From Candidatus Hydrothermales bacterium (lineage in GTDB: Bacteria > Hydrothermota > Hydrothermia > Hydrothermales > JAJRUZ01): DNA of 10,438 nt. Both the position numbers and the translations under genes were made by a program. The notes under the pieces were generated by a model that searched no databases, was not told the DNA's origin, and worked only from the letters and a program-made list of their open reading frames with translations. Positions 1 through 7,577 of the stretch are shown here, piece by piece. How positions within the stretch are numbered: the stretch's first letter is position 1; every line of letters begins with the position of its first letter. The stretch is from NCBI GenBank assembly GCA_039630575.1, contig JBCNUW010000033.1, forward strand, positions 1 through 10,438, given 5' to 3'.

Positions 1-81
1 AAGAGGAATTTAAACGCCTTAGCAGCAATTGTTTTTAAACCGGCAATTGCTGGTTGCAATGTGCCAAAGAGGAATTTGAAC
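1..81 (+). CRISPR. Trailer end of CRISPR array 1: partial repeat 1-15, 37-bp spacer 16-52, degenerate terminal repeat 53-81
   Basis: 1-15 AAGAGGAATTTAAAC is the 3' half of the repeat seen four times at 10196-10422. 53-81 GTTGCAATGTGCCAAAGAGGAATTTGAAC differs from consensus by one base (A>G at 78), typical of a terminal repeat. The array runs off the left edge. Confidence 0.95.
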
Positions 82-186
82 TAACATTTCAGAAAACAAT
101 ACCTAAAAACATCTCATTACTTTTATGTTTAATCACTCCATAAACTTTAAATCCTGTGATATTTTTAAATACCAAACTCAAACTAT

Positions 187-216
187 TTGACTTTTTTGAC
201 TTTTATCCTTTATAAA
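187..216 (+). promoter_or_regulatory. Putative sigma70-type promoter for the cmr operon
   Basis: TTGACT (187-192), 18-bp spacer, TATAAA (211-216). Each hexamer is 5/6 to consensus and the -10 ends 7 nt before the cmr3 ATG. The AT-rich background lowers certainty. Confidence 0.55.
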
Positions 217-223
217 TTTAGTA

Positions 224-1282
224 ATGATAAAATTCACTTTAGAACCCTTTGATGTCTTATTCTTTGGTAGTGGGAAACCCTTTAACATGAATGTCCAAGA
301 AACTGACTCTATCTTTCCTCCTTTTCCTAATACACTCGCAAGTAGTATTTGCGGAAAAATCTTCAGTGAAAGAAACATAAATGTAAAAGAAATTATTGAA
401 AAATTTTATGGTCCATTTTTAGAGAAAAATAATGAATTACTCCTTCCGAAACCCTTGGATATTTTAATTGAAAAAAAGGTAAAAGATGGTAAAATAAATC
501 AAGTTATCCTTAAAAACAAATTCAAATTAATAAACCCTTCGCATACTGACGGAAATTTGAAAAGTCTTTTGTGGGAAATGAAAAAAAATGGAGATTTTGA
601 AACTTTTGAAGGATTTATAAAATTAAATGGACTTAAAAAATGGCTAGATAACGAAGAAATTAATGAAAATGATATAATCCACAAAAAAGATATCCTCGAC
701 TTTGAACCAAGAATCGGAATTAAAATGGACTATTCAAAAAATGTAACAGAAGATGAAGACGCTTTATACAGAATTAATTATGTAAGATTAAAAAAAGAAG
801 TAAAAATTATATTTTTTATTAAATTCAACCTTCAAAATGAAGAACTTAAAAAATCCCAACTAAATGATGAACAAAAAATCTTTGAATTTTTTAAAAATAG
901 TAAAAATAAAGTATTAAAATTGGGAGGAGAAATGAGAAATGTAAGATATGAGTGCGAAGAGAAAAATTTTGAAGATGTACTTGATTTTAATAAACCAGAT
1001 TTAGAAAATGATGACATAATAAAAATTCTATACTTAACTCCCGGATTTTTTAATAATGAAAATTTCTACGAAACTTTAACTGGTGCTATTAAAATTATTA
1101 ATATTGGTATGCATACAAAAAATTACGGCATAAAAACAAAAAAAAGTATTAAAGAAGGCAGTGTAATCTACGCTAAAGTCAAAGATAAAACTAAACTGCA
1201 AAATATTTGGCTAAACCCAAAAGACAAAGATTTTATTGGATCAAATTTGAGAATTTACACTAAAACTTTAATAGGGAGGTAA
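224..1282 (+). CDS. cmr3: Type III-B CRISPR module-associated protein Cmr3 (Cas5 group RAMP), 352 aa
   Basis: N-terminal LEPFDVLFFGSGKPF, FPPFPNTLAS, FYGPFL, PKPLD, EPRIGI...ALYRINYVRL, LKLGGE and LYLTPGFF are characteristic of Cmr3; operon context agrees. Confidence 0.93.
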   Translation: MIKFTLEPFDVLFFGSGKPFNMNVQETDSIFPPFPNTLASSICGKIFSERNINVKEIIEKFYGPFLEKNNELLLPKPLDILIEKKVKDGKINQVILKNKFKLINPSHTDGNLKSLLWEMKKNGDFETFEGFIKLNGLKKWLDNEEINENDIIHKKDILDFEPRIGIKMDYSKNVTEDEDALYRINYVRLKKEVKIIFFIKFNLQNEELKKSQLNDEQKIFEFFKNSKNKVLKLGGEMRNVRYECEEKNFEDVLDFNKPDLENDDIIKILYLTPGFFNNENFYETLTGAIKIINIGMHTKNYGIKTKKSIKEGSVIYAKVKDKTKLQNIWLNPKDKDFIGSNLRIYTKTLIGR

Positions 1283-1284
1283 AA

Positions 1285-2169
1285 ATGTATAAAGAAAATT
1301 TAGTCTTAACATTTTATGCCCAAACACCAATTCATATGGGTTCAGGAATAAGTGTATCCTATGTTGATAACCCAGTACAAAGAGAAAAACATACTGAATT
1401 TCCAATTCTTGCAGCAAGCGGAATAAAAGGAGTTATAAGAGATTTAGCATTGAGGATTTGGCAAAATAAAAATAAGGTAGAAGTAATATTTGGACCTGAA
1501 CCCGGCGAAGGTCAAGAGTTTGCTTCCTGCATCTCCCTTACTGACGCAAAAATTTTACTATTTCCTGTTCGCTCAGTAAGAGGTGTCTTTGCTTACATAA
1601 CCTGTCCCTATATCCTAAAAAGATTTAAAAATGAATTAAAAAGTATTGGTAAAGATAACTTGCCTGAAATTGAGGATCTGGAAATATCTGACAGCGAAAT
1701 TATTGTTCATAGTAACTCAAAATTAAATATTGACGAAAATAAAGTGGTGTTGGAGGAGTTTGTTTTTAATATAAAATCAAAAAATAAAGATGAATTAGTA
1801 AAAGAACTTCTTGAATATCTCCCCAACGAAATTAACCCACTTTTGAATGAACATTTCGCTATTGTTTCTGATGATGTTTTTAAAGACTTTGCAAAATATG
1901 CGGTTGAAATAAGAACAAGAATAAGAATTGACCAAATAACAGGGACAGCAGCAGAACGGGCATTATTTGAAATAGAACTTTTACCATCCGAAACTGTGTT
2001 TTATGGATTTATTTTTATAACCGATCCATATAATAAATCCGTAGAGAAAATTCAAACGGCAAATAATGTAGCTAGTGAAATTGAAAAACTTTTACAACAG
2101 AATTCTATAATCCAGCTGGGTGGTGACGAGACGCTTGGAATGGGATTAATGAGAGTAAAAGTGAAATGA
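1285..2169 (+). CDS. cmr4: Type III-B RAMP Cmr4 (Cas7 group, target RNA cleavage subunit), 294 aa
   Basis: TPIHMGSG...VDNPVQREKHTEFP with catalytic Asp28 retained, SGIKG, DAKILLFPVRSVRGVFAYITCP, RTRIRID..TGTA, and C-terminal G-rich loop QLGGDETLGMG. SD GGGAGG lies upstream. Confidence 0.97.
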   Translation: MYKENLVLTFYAQTPIHMGSGISVSYVDNPVQREKHTEFPILAASGIKGVIRDLALRIWQNKNKVEVIFGPEPGEGQEFASCISLTDAKILLFPVRSVRGVFAYITCPYILKRFKNELKSIGKDNLPEIEDLEISDSEIIVHSNSKLNIDENKVVLEEFVFNIKSKNKDELVKELLEYLPNEINPLLNEHFAIVSDDVFKDFAKYAVEIRTRIRIDQITGTAAERALFEIELLPSETVFYGFIFITDPYNKSVEKIQTANNVASEIEKLLQQNSIIQLGGDETLGMGLMRVKVK

Positions 2170-3041
2170 ATATAAATTATAAGTGCAAGCTTATTACACC
2201 TCTTATAATCTCCGGAGCTAAAAAAGAAGAAGTAGAATTAAGGGAACAATCATTAAAAGGTATGCTTCGTTGGTGGTTCAGGTTCTATAAAGGAGCAACC
2301 TTAAGTTTGAGGGATTTAAAAGATTCGGAAGAGAAAATATGGGGATCACAGAATTTTGCTTCACGAGTAAGAATTTTTATTAAGAATAAAAATCTCTCCT
2401 ATCAAATCAATAAAAAAGATTATTACGCCTACTTATGTATGAATGATAGAAGAGGTCGTTATAGTAATATAAAAAGAAAAGCCTTTGTAGAAGGTCAAGA
2501 GTTTGTAATCAATTTTAAAATATTTCCTTCCTTTGATTTAAATATTAATAAAGAATTAGAAAAGACCCTTTTCTTTTTAAGTAATTTTGGTGGACTAGGA
2601 GCAAGGTGGAGAAGAGGATTTGGAAGTATAATGATAGATAAGTTCAACCCTAAGGGAAATAATTTAAAGGAAATAGCAGAAAATCTAAAAAAAGAAATAA
2701 ACAGATCTGTTGGTTCAGAAAATAATCAAGGTTTCATTAACCTTTCTAATACTTGTATTTATCTTATTTCTAAGAAGGGTTTCTGGAAATCTTGGGAAGA
2801 AGCTATGGATGATCTGAGAGAAAATTTTTATAGAAATTTAAAAAATAATTTAAAATTAAGAGAAATAGCAATTTACGGTGAAAGAAAAGTTTCACCATTA
2901 ATAATTCAAATAAAAAATTTAAATTCAAATTATTATGGAGTTGTTTTGGCATGGAAAGAATGGGAAAAATGGAAATTATTTTCAAAATTTATTGGTGAAA
3001 TAATAAAACTAAATTATGAATTAATGGAGGTAAAAATATGA
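2166..3041 (+). CDS. cmr1: Type III-B RAMP Cmr1, 291 aa
   Basis: LITPLIISGA, ELREQSLKGMLRWWFR, EEKIWGS, FGGLGARWRRGFGS and RKVSPL motifs; ATGA overlap with the cmr4 stop. Confidence 0.95.
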   Translation: MNINYKCKLITPLIISGAKKEEVELREQSLKGMLRWWFRFYKGATLSLRDLKDSEEKIWGSQNFASRVRIFIKNKNLSYQINKKDYYAYLCMNDRRGRYSNIKRKAFVEGQEFVINFKIFPSFDLNINKELEKTLFFLSNFGGLGARWRRGFGSIMIDKFNPKGNNLKEIAENLKKEINRSVGSENNQGFINLSNTCIYLISKKGFWKSWEEAMDDLRENFYRNLKNNLKLREIAIYGERKVSPLIIQIKNLNSNYYGVVLAWKEWEKWKLFSKFIGEIIKLNYELMEVKI

Positions 3042-3376
3042 GCCTAATTAAAACTTTAAATCAGGAAAGAGCAAGCTTTGTACTAGGAAAAGTAAAAAAA
3101 GTGAAGGATAAAGATAAATACAAAAGAAATGCTAGGAAATTGCCCTCACTAATCACTTCCAACGGTCTTATTTTAACGCTTGCCTTTTTTAAATCAAAAG
3201 AAGAGACAAAACCAGTTTATGACACAGTAAATGAATGGTTAAAGAAAAAAGGCTATATTAGAGATGATGCTCTTGAAGAACTTATCAATTCAGATTTTTT
3301 AAAACTTCGTCTTGCAACCATAGAAATTTTAGAATTTGCAAACTGGCTTAAAAGAATTGTTGAAATAGAACTTTAA
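3038..3376 (+). CDS. cmr5: Type III-B small subunit Cmr5 (Cas11), 112 aa
   Basis: TLNQERA, YK..ARKLPSLITSNGLILTLAF, LRLATIEILEFANWLKR; size fits; SD GGAGG and ATGA overlap with cmr1. Confidence 0.95.
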   Translation: MSLIKTLNQERASFVLGKVKKVKDKDKYKRNARKLPSLITSNGLILTLAFFKSKEETKPVYDTVNEWLKKKGYIRDDALEELINSDFLKLRLATIEILEFANWLKRIVEIEL

Positions 3377-3382
3377 GTAAAA

Positions 3383-3592
3383 ATGATAAAAAATAAAAAA
3401 ATTCTTGAAGAGTTTGAAAAAAATTTAATAAAAAATACTCCCAGTGATTTTGAAAAGAACTTCAAAATTTTTGAAGAAATGAGGGAGCTTGCTTTTAATT
3501 TAGGTAAATTACCACCCAATAACTTACTTGAAGGTATTGAAATTGACATAAAATATGCAAGTGTAATAAATGGGATTAAAAGAATTAATTAA
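3383..3592 (+). CDS. Small hypothetical protein (69 aa), putative partner or antitoxin of the downstream nucleotidyltransferase
   Basis: Fills the gap between cmr5 (6-nt gap) and the nucleotidyltransferase (23-nt overlap), with host-like codon usage and a charged helical sequence. The function is inferred only from gene position. Confidence 0.7.
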   Translation: MIKNKKILEEFEKNLIKNTPSDFEKNFKIFEEMRELAFNLGKLPPNNLLEGIEIDIKYASVINGIKRIN

Positions 3593-4127
3593 GAATATAA
3601 GTAAAGAGCTGAATAAAAAAAATATAAATTATATGATAATCGGGGGACAGGCATTGTTAATCTATGGTGAACCACGATTAACTAAAGATATTGATATCAC
3701 TTTAGGAATAGGAGTTGAAAGATATGAAGAGATTAAAGAAATTTCTGATAATTTAGGTTTAAAAATTATTCCCAAAAATTATATTGATTTTTTAAAAAAA
3801 ACAATGGTCTTACCAGTACTGGATGAAAAAACCGGTATAAGAATAGATTTTATCTTTTCTTTCTCAGAATATGAAAAAGAGGCACTTAAAAGAGTAAATA
3901 AGATTAAAATTGACGAAGTTCAAATCTTCTATGCTTCTATTGAAGATTTAATTATCCATAAAATTGTTTCGGGAAGAGAAAGAGACCTTGAAGATGTAAA
4001 ATCAATTCTTTTAAAAAATAAAGAAGTTGATGAAAAGTATATCTTAAAATGGCTTAAAGAATTTGAAAAAATTTTAAATGAAAAATTAATAGAAAGATTT
4101 AAAAAATTAAAAGGTGAAATAAATTAG
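3570..4127 (+). CDS. Pol-beta superfamily nucleotidyltransferase (DUF6036/AbiEii-like), 185 aa
   Basis: YMIIGGQALLIYGEPRLTKDIDI matches GG-x-A...R-x-T-x-D-x-D (G25 G26, D40 D42); third Asp in RIDF; C-terminal ASIEDLIIHK..SGRERDLEDV matches the EDL..K...R.KD..D signature. Confidence 0.88.
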   Translation: MGLKELIKNISKELNKKNINYMIIGGQALLIYGEPRLTKDIDITLGIGVERYEEIKEISDNLGLKIIPKNYIDFLKKTMVLPVLDEKTGIRIDFIFSFSEYEKEALKRVNKIKIDEVQIFYASIEDLIIHKIVSGRERDLEDVKSILLKNKEVDEKYILKWLKEFEKILNEKLIERFKKLKGEIN

Positions 4128-4132
4128 AAAAA

Positions 4133-5209
4133 ATGGCTGAAATAAGAGGAATGATTTGGTTTGGTAATTCGGTTATAAGAAAGGAAATAATAGTAAAAAG
4201 TGAGAACATAAGAAAAGCTGAACAAAGTTTTTTTGAAAAATTAAAAGAAGAAATTGGGAAAAGTAAAATTGAAAATTTTAATCTTTTTATAAATAAATAT
4301 GTTCCAATAATTGATGCAGAAATAAAAAGTAACGGAAAAAAACAATTTTTCAGTTTAAAAACACAAAGTATCGGTGGAGAAAGCAAAAAACATTTTTATG
4401 AAGGATTATTAGAAAAATTTACTTTTAGTATACCTCTTAATTTTCAGAATACCATTAACTCACAAAAAGAGTCTTTAAGGAAACAGGGTTTTAATGTTAT
4501 TTTTTCTGATTCTTTAAAAACTTATACTCGTTTAATCATTGGACTTGGCTCTGCTCATGTTCTCGAAACTTCAATTACTCTACATCATATTTATGGAATT
4601 CCCTATATTCCAGCAAGCGCTATAAAAGGAGTTTGTAGAATGGCTGCATATTTTAAGATTGCAAAAAATAAGAATATTTTAGAAAATGAAAGTAAATTAG
4701 AAAACTTGCAAAAAGAATTTTATGGTGAACTATCCTTTGATGAAGATATTCTTAAATACCAACTTCTTTTTGGTGCTATGAATTTTAAGGGACTTTTACT
4801 TTTTTTGGATGCTTATCCAGAGATTAGAAATAATCATGAAGCCTTTAATTTATTTGATTTAGATATCATGAATGTTCATTATCAAAAGTACTATGGAGAT
4901 GAAAAAGGTAAAATACTACCTGGTGATTGGGAATATCCAAATCCGATAACATTTTTAACTTTAAAAAAAGGAATTAGATTTAATTTTATTATTTTATTTG
5001 ATGAATTTAGGGCTAAAAAACTTTTAGAAATGGAAGACGAAAAATTTAAAAACTTGAAGATACCTCAGAATGCCAAAGAGTTGATTAATAGTTTTAAAGA
5101 AAATGATTTTAGAGATTTAAAAGAGGAAGTTAAAGATTTATTAGAAGATGCTTTAAAAAATCTTGGTGTTGGTGCAAAAACAAGATTAGGCTATGGAATC
5201 TTAGAATAA
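4133..5209 (+). CDS. cmr6: Type III-B RAMP Cmr6, 358 aa
   Basis: RLIIGLGSAHVLETSITLHHIYGIPYIPASAIKG, LLFG, FLDAYP, DIMNVHY..YY, PGDWEYPNPITFL and C-terminal GVGAKTRLGYG. Confidence 0.97.
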   Translation: MAEIRGMIWFGNSVIRKEIIVKSENIRKAEQSFFEKLKEEIGKSKIENFNLFINKYVPIIDAEIKSNGKKQFFSLKTQSIGGESKKHFYEGLLEKFTFSIPLNFQNTINSQKESLRKQGFNVIFSDSLKTYTRLIIGLGSAHVLETSITLHHIYGIPYIPASAIKGVCRMAAYFKIAKNKNILENESKLENLQKEFYGELSFDEDILKYQLLFGAMNFKGLLLFLDAYPEIRNNHEAFNLFDLDIMNVHYQKYYGDEKGKILPGDWEYPNPITFLTLKKGIRFNFIILFDEFRAKKLLEMEDEKFKNLKIPQNAKELINSFKENDFRDLKEEVKDLLEDALKNLGVGAKTRLGYGILE

Positions 5210-5233
5210 TTTTTTAAAAAAAAGAGGTGTGAT

Positions 5234-6229
5234 ATGAAAGGCACAAAGAAAGGGGGGAAGAAGCTCCCAATAAAGGTTTACAATTTAGGTAGTGCTGCAG
5301 GCAAGTGTCTGGATTTTACTCGTGAGAAAATCTACTTAAGAATGGATGCGTCTATGGGAGTAAAAGCAGTCTCTATTCCTGTTTTCTTAGTAAATGAAGC
5401 ACAGATGGATGAAATTTATCCCCCTGAAAGACGCCGTGCCCTTGACCCTGAAAGAGTTCATGAGTGGGTATGGAGACAAAAAGAAAGGAAAATGGACGAA
5501 TATGAAGACCCACTTAGAAGGCTGGAAGATGATGAAAAGAGTTGGGAGCGTTACATCGTCATAGTAGCTACCGGTCTTTATCTATCTAAACATACATATA
5601 ATGCTCAGCGAGTTATCGCCCTGGCTGATGAAGAATATCTTTCTGAAGAATCAAGGGAAGTTTTTTTAAATTTAAAAGAACCAGCTATTTTTCTCTGTCC
5701 TAAACGCATCGTTGACTGGGCAAATAGAGAAAATATAAGAGTGGATCTTGTTTTGGATAAGGTTTATTATCATGAACTTGGACACGCCCTCATGGATAGT
5801 GGAAATACTCCGTATGACACAATTTGGGGACGAACCATAGAAGAGAGCTTAGCCAACTGGGTAGCATATGATAAATTTAAAGGTTCCGAGGCTCGTTTAA
5901 TTCAATATCTTATCAAAAGTGAACCAGCAGAGTATCAAGGATATGCATGGTTAAGTGAGGCGATAAACCCTCTTATTATCTCCGTACTCATTTATTCTCC
6001 TTATATTTCTCGCTGGGAATGGGAAGAATTTTATTACGAATGGCGCCGCCTTTTTCATCGGTATTTTAGGAAAGGTTTTCCTTTTCCTCCTTGGTTTAGG
6101 AGTGTGAAGATATTAGAAGAAACGATAATACACGCTTGGATTGAATTTAAAAAGAACCATTTTTATAATAAAAACGAAGTGGGATTGGGATGGAAAGAAT
6201 TTGCAAGAAAATTACTGGAGAGAGTCTGA
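5234..6229 (+). CDS. Hypothetical protein with a zinc metallopeptidase (gluzincin-like HExxH...E) motif, 331 aa
   Basis: HELGH at residues 180-184 (nt 5771-5785) then EESLAN at 203-208, preceded by a strand-helix segment (IFLCP.RI...VLDKVYY). SD GAGGTG at 5224-5229. The ORF is secure; peptidase activity is inferred from the motif. Confidence 0.75.
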   Translation: MKGTKKGGKKLPIKVYNLGSAAGKCLDFTREKIYLRMDASMGVKAVSIPVFLVNEAQMDEIYPPERRRALDPERVHEWVWRQKERKMDEYEDPLRRLEDDEKSWERYIVIVATGLYLSKHTYNAQRVIALADEEYLSEESREVFLNLKEPAIFLCPKRIVDWANRENIRVDLVLDKVYYHELGHALMDSGNTPYDTIWGRTIEESLANWVAYDKFKGSEARLIQYLIKSEPAEYQGYAWLSEAINPLIISVLIYSPYISRWEWEEFYYEWRRLFHRYFRKGFPFPPWFRSVKILEETIIHAWIEFKKNHFYNKNEVGLGWKEFARKLLERV

Positions 6230-6281
6230 ACTTGTGAAAGTTATTAAAATAAAAAATCTTGTTTAATGTGGAGGAAGTTTT

Positions 6282-7577
6282 ATGAAAATTTTAATTTCTA
6301 CATGGGGAAATCCTTTAAATTGGAATATAGTGAAATATAAATATAAAAAAAGTGAAAAAGAAATTGAAGACCCTTTACCTTTAATAAAAGAAGAAGAAAA
6401 AATAGATAAAATAATAATTATTTCTTTAGACACTCTTGCAGATGAGAAAATAGGTACACTTACACATATTTGCTATAATGGACTTAAAAAGCAAGCAGAA
6501 AGAATAATTGAAAATTTCTGTATAGCAAAATTAAACTGCCCTCCTGATAAAATAATTATTTCTTATGGTGTAGGGGAATTTAACAAAACAAAATTTATTG
6601 GAAACGCAATGGACTATTATTACTCAATTTTTAAAGAATTATCCCTTACATTAAAAGAATGGCTTGAAAGTTCATCTTCTCAAAAGCTTAAAATATTTTT
6701 AGATATAAGTCATGGAATAAATTTTTTACCAGTTTTAACTTATCGTGCTTTGAGAGAAGTCTTACAGATATTAGCATATAGTTTTGAAATAGAACTTACT
6801 GTACTAAATTCCGATACCTACATAAGAAGTGCAAAACCATCACAATTAAATGTTAATGTAATTGAGAAAATTAAAATTCTTCCTAAGTTAACTGTATATT
6901 ATTCTAACCAAAAAATCATTAAACCTTTTACTCATTTAAAAGAGAAGGAAAAACAAAAAATAGGCAAGGATTTATTTACTCAATCATTAGAACTTCCTGA
7001 TGAAATTTTTTGTTTTCTCTCTTCTTACATATATGCCTTACCCGTTTTTGTGACTAGTTATATGCCTAGTTATAACACTCTAAAAGCTATAATTGATAAA
7101 ATCTCAAAAGTATTTGAACGCTATATCTCAATAGATCATACTTCGGCTTGTAAAATAAAAATTATAAGAAACACAGAGTTTACCATTAATTTTGAAAATT
7201 TAATAAAAGCCTTTCTGGTGTCCTGGTTATTAAGTTCAAAGTGTTTTGGTCGGCAAAAGGATATTTCTTTGAAGAAAATTAAATATTTAAATGAGAATAT
7301 CTGGAGAAATAAATTTCCAGTAGAATCTAATAGAATTGATGTAGAAATTCATAAAATTCAAGAGGTAGATGAACTTACAGAGGAATATCAGCCTTATTTT
7401 AAACTTCTTGGTAAAGACGAGGGTAAAAATATTGATAAACGAAACTTCTTTTCACATGCTGGCTTTGAACATAATGTAATTCAAATAAAAAAAGAAATTA
7501 TAATCACAATAAATCCTAATTATGAAGACGAAGCAAAAAAACTTTTAAAAGATAATTTACCAAGGAGTGAGCTATGA
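6282..7577 (+). CDS. csx1: CRISPR-associated CARF-HEPN ribonuclease Csx1, 431 aa
   Basis: N-terminal MKILISTWGNP..W..VKY, SLDTL, LDISHGINFLP (DxTHG-type CARF motif, D141), NSD, and C-terminal HEPN RNFFSH (R387-x4-H392) followed by AGFE. SD GGAGG upstream. Confidence 0.93.
   Translation: MKILISTWGNPLNWNIVKYKYKKSEKEIEDPLPLIKEEEKIDKIIIISLDTLADEKIGTLTHICYNGLKKQAERIIENFCIAKLNCPPDKIIISYGVGEFNKTKFIGNAMDYYYSIFKELSLTLKEWLESSSSQKLKIFLDISHGINFLPVLTYRALREVLQILAYSFEIELTVLNSDTYIRSAKPSQLNVNVIEKIKILPKLTVYYSNQKIIKPFTHLKEKEKQKIGKDLFTQSLELPDEIFCFLSSYIYALPVFVTSYMPSYNTLKAIIDKISKVFERYISIDHTSACKIKIIRNTEFTINFENLIKAFLVSWLLSSKCFGRQKDISLKKIKYLNENIWRNKFPVESNRIDVEIHKIQEVDELTEEYQPYFKLLGKDEGKNIDKRNFFSHAGFEHNVIQIKKEIIITINPNYEDEAKKLLKDNLPRSEL

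Noticed and set aside
117..145. Possible further eroded CRISPR repeat ending TAAAC one spacer length after repeat 53-81
   Set aside because: Only about 11 of 29 positions match, which is compatible with chance in AT-rich DNA.
1632..1644. 13-nt match (TGAATTAAAAAGT) between spacer 2 of array 2 and cmr4, suggesting self-targeting or autoregulation
   Set aside because: It is short, low-complexity, does not extend, and is in the same sense as the mRNA, so the crRNA could not pair with it.
3570..4127. The NTase as a canonical MNT antitoxin AMPylating the Csx1 HEPN domain, or as a CD-NTase (CBASS) cyclase
   Set aside because: It has the GG..A/RxTxDxD signature and a helical C-terminal extension instead of the MNT GSx10DxD motif, Csx1 lacks the Tyr after RxxxxH, and the protein is too short for a CD-NTase.
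5210..5223. T6A8 palindrome after cmr6 as an intrinsic terminator
   Set aside because: There is no GC-rich stem with a loop and no U-tract following a stem.
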